A DNA stretch of 61,615 bases, the filler included, from Jimgerdemannia flammicorona (Eukaryota): the NCBI GenBank assembly GCA_003990765.1. It is 3 parts of 3 records of this genome, joined end to end, with 100 filler letters (N's around TTAATTAATTAA, not from the genome) between each part and the next. Parts side by side here need not be neighbours in the genome. Positions count along the whole stretch, not along the records: positions 41,149 to 61,615 come from RBNJ01001674.1; 2 more parts are not named here. One strand, 5' to 3'. The position numbers and the translations under genes were made by a program. Positions within the stretch are counted from its first letter, which is position 1. Each line of letters begins with the position of its first letter. The notes under the pieces were generated by a model that saw only the letters and a program-made list of their open reading frames with translations, was not told where the DNA came from and did no database searches. This document shows, piece after piece, positions 52,293 to 61,615 of this stretch.

Positions 52293-54943
52293 TGGGGTGG
52301 ACAGTGCATTATACATATATTTCGTTCCAATCGCATTATATATAGCCTTTCTCTTGTACATACCTTTTCCGTAGTCTCTTTGTACATACATTTTTCGAAG
52401 GTGACGTGGCGGCCGGGATGAAGCCGGTGAGGTACTGTGGACGGAGCGGCGGCCTTCTTTGCCGTCGTTCGTGCACATCCCGCCTTCCCACATTCATCAT
52501 CGATCCCATCGACGCCTCGAAAACATTTGTTAGTACCGTACCATGTATAGACCCGACCGCCGCTTTTGTCCAACGTCTTTTACGGACTCAGTGCATCGGC
52601 TGGCAATCCTCCGACAGTAACATTGCGTCTTTGTGATTTACGGCTAATGCGAACGCCCACCTCGACGTCATTCATGCCCATGTACAGTTGTAATTTAGAC
52701 ATATCGTGGTCTTCTGAGTTCTCTCCCCATCTTCGCCGTTACGCCCCATTGTGACCCCTTGTTAATAGTATTGTATCGAAGTTCGTATTAGATTTGTTTT
52801 GTTTGATGTATCACGGAGGCTATCGCTATAGCTTTTTAGATAGATCACATCTTACAACGAACTTCTGATCCATAGATTCGCTCCAATTTCCCCATTCTCC
52901 CTATCGCTCCCCTCTGTAAATAGAACCATACCATCTCTCTTCTCGCCTTCCTCCGTGCCGCAATACCCGTATCACTTGTTTACGTACCATGTCTTCGAAA
53001 TTGTATGTACCCCGGCCGCTTAATACGCCTGAACATGACCATGGCCCTCTGGCGAATTTCGCGCAGCAAAAGTGCAATTTTGGAATTGGGTCACGCTCGC
53101 TTGTTGAGTAATGGAGGGTCTGTCACACGGCCGACGGGCATACATACATGGTTTCGGATGTTCCCACAACATAACGGGTACCACGGAGCACTATCCTCTG
53201 AGTATGATAGGCGGCAAGAAGATGGTTAAGAAACGGCGAAAGGGTCACTCTCAATACATTGTTGGAAATATAGGGAAAAAGTAGAGGAAAAAAAAAAAAA
53301 AAAAAAAAAGGAACACCCCTGTCCGGGATTATCCAATGGGAAGTTGTTGTTGTCACGCGGTGGGTGGTCCTTTGTCTGAATTAAGGTCGATAGTGGTTTG
53401 GGCTATTAACATTGGACGATAAGACGGTTGAGCGGGGATCATCTGCAAATGTGGTAAGGGTGGTGTCAAATGGCATCAGATGGCATCATTTTTTATTTAT
53501 TTTTTATTTTTTATTTTTTTTCAAGCCTAGATCGACTGGAGTACACCTAGACCATAACTGTGCACAAACGTATACGTAGAAAACCATCTCGTATATCCTT
53601 ACCGTGCTGGGCACCGATAGATATTCAACAGGGTTGAAACCACCATCGCGCAGCGCCATTTTTTTTTACAACGTCGACGAGGAACGGCAACCTGGAACTA
53701 GGAGGCATGAAGCAATGGGGGAAGGAAGGTACCCAGAAGAGCACATCGGAAAAGTGGGCGAGGCTAGAAATGCTGTAGAAACTCGACAAACAAATAGAGG
53801 CGATTAATCTCGTCATGACATGTAATGCTCGCCATTTGATCTCCCACCTACCCTTTTAACAACGGGTTCCTGGATGCGCGATCAGTGAGGCACCAGCAGA
53901 AATGAAATGCAAGAAGAAAGTGAGATCGAGCGATTTGACCAGAAGATGAATTATTATCAACTTTCGATTTCATCAACGAGATGCGATTGTTCTGATCATC
54001 GCTGTTGTGTCGCCTATACAGTATCCATTTGGATACGAAAATGTGATTAAAAATTACTCACAAGTCAAACTGATACTGTTGAACAATGCAACCTCCCGAA
54101 ACCTAGCAAACTTCTCACTATTACTCCAGGAGTCACGCGCAGTGATGGGACGGCAGAGGCAGAGGAGAGCGGATTGGACTCGTCTTCTACGTGGAGGGAG
54201 TCGGCGATCGTGGAGTAAAAGGAGAGCATTCATGCGTTGTCTTGGTTGCAGGGCCAGTCTTCGCTTGCGTTTTCGGTTTTAACATGTGTGGTTTGGTTAG
54301 AGCTTGTCGGAGCACAGATGGAAAACACTCTCCACCCAACAACCTTTGAAATTTTACGGTGGCATAAAATTCCAATTAGTAGATGTAATATTTTGATTAC
54401 AGTTCGGATTCTAGAACTCCCCCCCCCCAAAAAAAAAGGTCACGTGAGATACGAGGGACGCGTTTCGGGGTTGTCGACAAGCCACGCAACGACAGACAGT
54501 CAATCAATTCAATCAATGACCTTTGTTCGCGTCGAATGACATCATGGTCCTGCATTAGCAAAGTTTGATCCATCATTTTGCCTTGTGAGAAATCAACAAA
54601 GCGTGAAAGGGCGTGGCATCGGAAGCCATTCAGGGATAAAAACCGAGGGGTAAGGGCAAAAAGAAATGTACGGTGGTGCTTTGACCAAGTTGAATAGGCC
54701 GATTGCATTTCTCTATTTTGATCAATCGCATGTTTATTCACAAAAATGGCAAAAGGGGCTGAAGCAGATTGCTAAATGAAGTACACGTGGCGAAGACCTT
54801 ATGCCCGTTTCCTGTTTAGTCACGCAAGGCCTACACCATAACCTCACCGGATTACTATATATCACTCGAGTCATCCGCGACAGACGTGAATAAAACCAGC
54901 AGCCCCCGCCACACCACAATCCCCCCCACCCTTCATACCCATC

Positions 54944-55423
54944 ATGACCGAGTGGCAGACGGTGTCCCAGCGCCGCCCTACCCCGCAGCCCGACCTGGCC
55001 GTGGCTGCACCCACCCCAGCATCCCCCACCCCGTCAACCAAGAAGAAAAAGCAGAAGAAAAAGGCCCAGGAGGAACCCTCTCAGTCGCAGCTTGTGGCTG
55101 ACACCCCCGTCTCCACTGCCTCGCCGTCAGCCAAGAAGCAAAAGGGCGCCAAGGATAACGTCAGCTCGCGACCCCAGCCCCCCATGCAGCCCGAAATCCA
55201 GCAACCTACCCCCCCCTTAAAGTACCTACCGATGCAACTGCCGCCACGTGGGAAGGAGAACACCGCTCCGCCCAGCGACCAGGTACAAAAGTACGGGAAG
55301 AAACCTGGTGAGTCTACGCTATTTTTTTATTCGCCCCGTGCGGCCGTGGACGAGCTTCGACTTGCGCAAGATACGACAGGCCTTTTATGCACCTTGCCAA
55401 TGACCCCACCGACAACACTTTAA
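54944..55423 (+). CDS. Low-complexity Pro/Lys-rich ORF, probably a first exon (GTGAGT donor at about 55308)
   Basis: MTEWQTVSQRR...KKKKQKKK with coding-like composition. Confidence 0.5.
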   Translation: MTEWQTVSQRRPTPQPDLAVAAPTPASPTPSTKKKKQKKKAQEEPSQSQLVADTPVSTASPSAKKQKGAKDNVSSRPQPPMQPEIQQPTPPLKYLPMQLPPRGKENTAPPSDQVQKYGKKPGESTLFFYSPRAAVDELRLAQDTTGLLCTLPMTPPTTL

Positions 55424-55786
55424 ATATGCCTCGAGCGGGTCTTCCCCCTCAGAGGGATTGCAAGCGTGGAATCAAACAAAATGACGCTGTCAAAAAAATT
55501 TCCCGGCCGCCCGCTCTCGCTGTCCACCCGCCCCGGGTTACTTCCAAATCGCGCCCAAAAACAGACGCTAAGGCGTTAAGGGCGTGGGGACGGACGCGTC
55601 AATCCGCCCTGTCATTGCCCCATTGGCCAGAATCCGAACACCGTCGTTTCTCACATGCGCCATTGACTCATTTGATTGTCACCGTCTTTTTTTTCTAAAA
55701 CCTTGCGCCCGCTTATAAACCCTCCCATCACTCTGTCCTCCCTCAAACCGCGTCACGAAACACGTCCGTCTTGCCTATCTACGATC

Positions 55787-57983
55787 ATGATGGGGAAAAA
55801 AAAAGCAAATCAAAAGCAACAGCTACCGACACCGGGAGCGGCTACCAACGAGCAGAAAAATAACCCCGTGTTCGCTCAGCCCACGAACGGTGCGGAGACG
55901 AAGAAGCTGAAGGTGAGCGAATAGTTGGATGTTGTTTTCTCGATGATTTGCGCTCTTTGGGAGCTGTTCGGCACGTGTTTGGGCTATCGAAAATTTGCTA
56001 GTCGCTGACCGTTTTTAAATCCGTGTTGTAGTCAAAGCCAAAGAATAACAAGAGTACGAAGATTAATTATAAGGTGAGCTGAATGGCTGTACGCTTCACC
56101 GTCGAGTCTTTGTACGTCGTGGTTGTGTATTTCCAGAAATTCTCACAACAATCGTTCACACTTGATCCTCGCTCGCTCGCGCAACCCAAAAGGCGAAGAA
56201 ATCGGGCTTCTTCCCGCTCCGTTCCCTTCTCTGGTACGGCTTGATTATCTACCTCATCTACGCGACCTTCTGGCGCTGCCCGACCTTCACCACGCCAATT
56301 CTCTCTCCCGACGCCCCCACGGACTGCAAGGCTCTCTACCGCGTGACGCACGACGTCCTGGCGCCCGTTTTCCTTCCGCTCTACAAGCAATACCTCGAGC
56401 CCTACGTGGGCGACCATGTCGATGCAATCCGCTACCACTATACCATTTATGGCCACCCGGTACTCATGACCGCTGCTAAGTACGCCGAGGTTTACGGCAA
56501 GCCCGCCTTCCAGCAGGGCCAGGTCTATCTGCAGCAGGGTCAAGAAGTCTACTTCCAGCACGCCCACCCCATCATCGTCGAGCTACACGGCCGCGTTAAG
56601 GAGCAGTACGACGTCCTCGCCAAGGAGCGCGTTGATCGCGTCGTCGACCATGTCTCGGAGCACTACGAAGCCTATATTGGTGAATACGTCGATAAGACAC
56701 AGGAAGTCGCCGCCAAGGCATACGCCACCGCACAAGAGGTTCACGTCCGCCACGTTCAGCCCGCCATCAAGAAGTACGGACCCGTCATACAGGAGAAGAT
56801 CGAGCTCGCAAAGCCTGTCGTTAAGCAGGGCGTTGACACTGCAACCGTATACTACAAGGAGTATGTCGACCCCACCGCAAGGAAGACCGCCGTCGTCGTT
56901 AAGGACGTATGGGATAACCAAGTCGTCCCCACCTGGAACGACAAGGTCCTTCCAGAGGTCAAGCGCATCCACCGCGATCACGTCGGACCAAAGGCTCGCG
57001 AGATCTATGGTCGAGTCTTCTCTTTCGTGACTGGAAACCCATTCAACGAGACGGAGATACGCATCCAATCCGCTCGCCGTGAAATCGAGAACATCGTGGG
57101 CCGCGAAATAGACGCCATCATCGAAGTCGGCCGTCGCGAGCGGGCAAAACTCGATGTCGCCATCGAAGGCGTCCACAATTCAGTTATCGCCGATATTAAA
57201 GATAAGGTGGAGCCCGAGGGTCGTCAGGTCCAGGAGCGCGCTACCGAGCAGATCAAGGCGATCACAGAGTACGTCCAACGTGTCCTCGACGACGCTAAGA
57301 AGAAGCCCCACGCCCGTATCGTTGACATCTCAAAACACGCCAATGCCGCTATCAAAAAGGTCGAGAAGCAGACAGCCGAGGCTCAGACTGTGCTGCGCGG
57401 GGTCGTGGAGCGCGCGAGGGACGAGATCGAGCGCGTAGAGAAGGAGGCTCAGAGTACCGTTAGGGAGAGGGGGCTTGAAGCGATTCGTGCTCTTAGACTA
57501 GCGAAGCCTGATATCGGGGAGGACTTGCAGCCGCTATATGATGAAGCCAAGGCGATGCTTGATAAGGTGACCACTGAGACAAGACAGGCTGTTGCGGCCG
57601 CAAAAGAGAGGGCTGATGAGGTCAGGATTGCTGTGACGAGTAGGATTGAGGAGCTTGTGACGGGGTTGGACACGTGGCTCTCGGATGCGTCGAAGGAGGT
57701 GCATGTGATAGTTGAGGGGGCTAAGGCGAAGTTGGAGGAGGAGGGGGAGAGGATTAAGTTGGAGGAGGAGAGGATCGCGAGGGAGAAGGAGGAAAAGATC
57801 GCGAGAGAGAGGGCGGCGAAAGAGAAGAGGGAGAGGGAGGCCAAGGAACTTGCGGAGAAGGAGGCAAAAGAGAAGGCTGCGAGGGAAGCCAAGATTAAGG
57901 CGGAGAAGGAAGCTCGTGAGACGGCGGAGAAGGAAGCCCGCGAGAAGGCTGAGCAGGAGGCTACGGTTAAGGAGGAGCTGTAG
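55787..57983 (+). CDS. N-terminally membrane-anchored long helical/coiled-coil protein (about 652 aa, 3 exons), possibly She10-like
   Basis: Exons 55787-55912, 56032-56073 and 56193-57983 join in frame. TM LLWYGLIIYLIYATFW, Cys pair, amphipathic P-x-x-x-Y repeats, EK/AR-rich C-terminal coiled coil. Confidence 0.85.
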
Positions 57984-58472
57984 GAATGTCGAGATGGCTG
58001 GCGATAAATATAGTTTGTTTTGTTTTTACCTGTTGTATCCTCTTTTCCACTACTCGATAAATAAATGGGTTTCTGTTTGTACTTTGGACTCAAGTTAGGT
58101 CTGAATCGGGAAATAGTCTGCGATTATATTTCTCATTATTGTTGTTATTTACCTCCTACTCGTCGAAGCATTAGCCCACAGATAAAGAATTCGTAGATCT
58201 GTCGCCACGCCATTCTGTCTGGGGGGAAGTCGACGAGGGACAAAACATTCCCCTCGTCAAAACAAGGAAGAATACGATGCGGCCAATCGTCGGACGAAAA
58301 ACGAGCCTGCCCCTGCCGCCATGTCGCATCTCGGGATACATTGCCACCACACACGCTCGATTCCTCCCTCCAACCGGGCTTTGTTCCCTCTGTCTAATGC
58401 AGAGCGATGGGAACGGTTTTTCGTGCTCGGTGTGGTTCGGGGCGCGGGGGGGGGTTTCTTTTTTCGTACTGG

Positions 58473-58913
58473 TTATACGCTGGTGGAGTGATTTGGTAAA
58501 ATGAAATCGGGATAATGGTAAAATGCCACCTCGCTACAAGGTTTGTCGATGAATTTCCTTTTGTTTGGCAGAGGAACCTTCGTCTCCAGCTGTTCAGAGT
58601 TGGAGCGATAGTAATTACGCGCAACGCAACCCCATAGTAGCCCAGAGATGTTTGTTTTAAAGGGAGTGATATCATTACATATATGAGGAAGCATGTCGTA
58701 GACGAGGGAGTTCTGACCGCCGTCCGGGTTGCAGCTCCGGTCCTTCTAGTTGCAGCACCATTTGGAGCCCGGGCGGATCCCTGAGTGGCCGTCGTGGATC
58801 GAGACGCCGAACTGCACGTCGGCCTTGTTGTACACGTAGAAGGCGGAGGTGGACGACGCCAGCCCGAGGGTTAAGGCGAGCGCGACGAGGAAGACGGTGG
58901 GATCGAAGAGCAT
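58473..58913 (-). pseudogene. Small secreted cysteine-containing protein with an in-frame TAG
   Basis: MLFDPTVFLVALALTLGLASSTSA-FYVYNKADVQFGVSIHDGHSGIRPGSKWCCN*KDRSCNPDGGQNSLVYD: signal peptide, stop at 58746-58748 where TGG is expected. 3' end uncertain. Confidence 0.65.
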
Positions 58914-60792
58914 TGGTAGGGGTTGGTTTGGGTTGGGTGTAGCGGTGGCGGTGGCGGTGAAGGTGGTTGATGCAATTGCTGTGTATCAGAAACATGTCGC
59001 GGCTCGCCGCATCGCGCGGGCTTGCCGAGTCGACCTAGCATGTAACTAGTCTTGTCGATATCGAGCATTCCAGAGCAAATCCTTCATGCGTCCTGAGTCA
59101 TATTGGAGGGGGAAGGGGCTAATCACCCCATTGTCGCCAAAAAAAGCATGAGTATGTAGAAAACTCCACCAACCAATGGGCTCGGCAGAAAGGCAGGAAG
59201 GACAATCGAAACCATGTTACATGCTTTTGTTCCTTCCCCCACAGCCTCTTTTTTTCCCGTGAAATATATACAAGATTGCAAGCGATGGAAGTTGGATCTG
59301 TCGCAAAGCTGACGATCCATGATCATGTTTATGGATGGAAAGGAAGGATGTCCAACCTGTCGCATGAGACGATGTTGACTTGGCAACGGTAGGCGTTCGG
59401 CGCGTTATACCTAGTGCCCCCTCATAAAAATGGCCTGTATCCGATCAAAAATCGCCACCACCCCACGTTTTTTTTATACTTTATAAATTACAAAGCAAGC
59501 CACGTACTCCGTGACCGCGTCTCGATCACCACACACCGGTGACATCAGTGCGAGCTGAATAATCGGCCGGCAGACGCAGCAATGGTGGGAGTAGAGAGGG
59601 ATCGTCGGCGGGAGAGAGGAAACGTTGTGTCGGAAAATGGTTTATGCGCTCAGTATGTAAATGTAGACAAAAAACGTATATATTCACCTATATCAATGGT
59701 GCAGGACGTGCGGATGGGGCCGTCCATGTACATTTAGTTCATTGTATATACCTTAGTTTGTGCACTGTACCTTTAGTTCGTGCATTGTACCCAATCGGAC
59801 GAACGGAAATAATCGGATCAAAACCAAAAAATAAAGCCGTAAACCAACGTCGCTTGAAGAATGTATACGCGTCTGGCGCTTGTGGTGTTGTTTCGCAAAA
59901 AACAGAGAGGGGAGTGCATGCTGAGCGTGATTATTTCATTTCGTTAGACGAGAACACGTGCCTCGATTCAAAAGTTTGAACCTGAAATGAGCTCGCTCGC
60001 GCAATGCTCCTTTTGTTTGTTTGCCATCGCGTAATCTTCCCCTTTGTCTTGGGCATAAATACTCTGGGAAGTGTTCGTCCTCAATATCCACCTCTACCTC
60101 GGCTGGCGAGCGAGCGACGGTTGAAGCCGATTTACATAATAAAAAACACTATGTTTGGAGGATCTTCTTGGCTTTGCTAGATAGAGCTGTCCTTAGGACC
60201 TTGAGGTCTTGGAAGAACCAGTTGGACAATGATGATCTAAGGCAGTGGTGTCTATCCGAGTCCGACTCAAGCCATTCGTATCTCGAGGGTATGGGCCGAC
60301 AGCATGCCTGGGTGCTTGCATATATATATACATGACTTCTTTCCGCTGGCCTTTCGACATCCTTATGTCGTAGAACGCGCTCCTATCTCATGTCTCTGTT
60401 CGGCCTTTGTTTCTTGCTCGGCCTTAGGTATTTGTCGCATTCAACACCCCCCCCCCAATTTTTTCCCTCATTTGCGTTTATATTAGCTTCGAATATGTAG
60501 CGCGACGTCTCCGTTATACACCATTTTCCCACCGCGCACGCCGTGCTATCGCGTCTCGATATATCTATGCTTCGTAGAGCATCACGCAAATAACCAAACA
60601 AACGAACAAACAAAAAAAAGTATATGCGCATGCCGCCCCATCTCCCAATTGTTTGATATCAAAAAAAAGGCAGTCCCTGAGCCTGCTCTCCCTCAAAAAA
60701 GAAAAAGAAAAAAAAGGTACGAGCATGAGAGTCCCATAAACCTTCCGTCTCCATCCCTCGTCGTCCAAAGACGCGCACGAGCTCATCACCGA

Positions 60793-61615
60793 TTACCTCC
60801 TCCAATTACCTCCCCCGATCTCCCCTTCCTCTTCTTGGTCTTGAGGTCCTCGAGCAACGCGTCGAACGTTGCGTGTGTAGAGGTTGTGGAGGCTGAGGCC
60901 GCGGAGTTGGGGGTGGCTGTGGCTGCGCTAGGGGTGATTAGGGGAAGTGGAGAGGAGGAAAAAGGTTATGAATGTTGAGTGCGAAAGAGTAAGACACTTC
61001 CCATATCCAGAAAATGAAACCAGTAAGGCGATCAGGGGCTAAAACTAAAACGTGTAACACAAACAAAAAATAACCGACCATCATCCCAGCCCGCACCCGA
61101 GGTCTCCCCCTCGTTCCACCCGCCCGCAACGGCGACTTCGTTACCCCACCCGCCCGCAGTGGTGCCTTCACTACCCCACCCGCCCCCAGCGTCTTCGCTA
61201 CCCCACTCGCCCCCGGGATTGTCCATCAGGCCGGCCACGTCCCATTCGCCGAGCTGGTCCTGGGACTGGAGGGCCAGCTTCGACCGGGGTGCTGTGCCGT
61301 CAGGGTCGGAGTACTCAATACTCGTGGACTTGCCGCTAGATTTTCGCCATTCTTCCTGGGTCTTCCAGGGCGGACTGCCCGGATGTTTGGGTGGGGGCTT
61401 AGACTCGAGCGCCACATTTAAGAGGGCATGCGTGAGGCCGGCGGCCGCGGTGGGGGTGGGGGGGTCGGGGGGATTCTGAGAATGGCGAATGGCCAGGAAT
61501 GTGGTGGATTCGGTGCGTAAGACTGTTTCCATGGTCTGCTCTCATGATTGCAGAAATGTTTTACCTGGGCAGACATGTACTTGATGGGTCGCGAAGAAAG
61601 AGGAGAGGCTGTCTT
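60793..61615 (-). CDS. 3' part of a spliced gene encoding a disordered GW/WG-repeat protein
   Basis: ORF 61032-61532 with GEWD, GGEWGSE, GGGWGSE, AGGWGNE, AGGWNEG, GAGWDDG. Probable intron about 60928-61079; gene likely starts beyond the window. Confidence 0.6.

Noticed and set aside
57449..58093. 214-aa minus-strand Ser/Leu/Ala-rich ORF
   Set aside because: Antisense of the EK-rich coiled-coil exon.

Overview
Eukaryotic, intron-containing DNA, most plausibly an early-diverging fungus (Mucoromycota/Endogonales-like; inferred from gene style only). Three contigs are joined by 100-bp N spacers carrying an artificial TTAATTAATTAA linker (20477-20576, 41049-41148). Most of the window is nested, decayed transposons: two full-length L1/Tx1-type LINEs with TSDs plus three further 5' ends of that family, an Ngaro tyrosine-recombinase retrotransposon inside a non-autonomous LTR element, Ty3/gypsy LTRs and gag, a Ty1/copia pol remnant, an intron-containing hAT transposase and a foldback hAT MITE. 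Host-like CpG-rich islands carry an intact 6-exon Kelch single-pass membrane protein, a 3-exon TM/coiled-coil protein, a PPxY membrane ORF, a GW-repeat protein, a small secreted protein with a TAG stop and a broken BUB1 fragment (GLEBS, CD1) near a candidate Helitron end. The strongest signal is directional C>T/G>A hypermutation confined to repeats, visible by aligning copies within the window. It hits CpG first, then CpA and some CpC, i.e. it is RIP-like. All alignments were done by eye.
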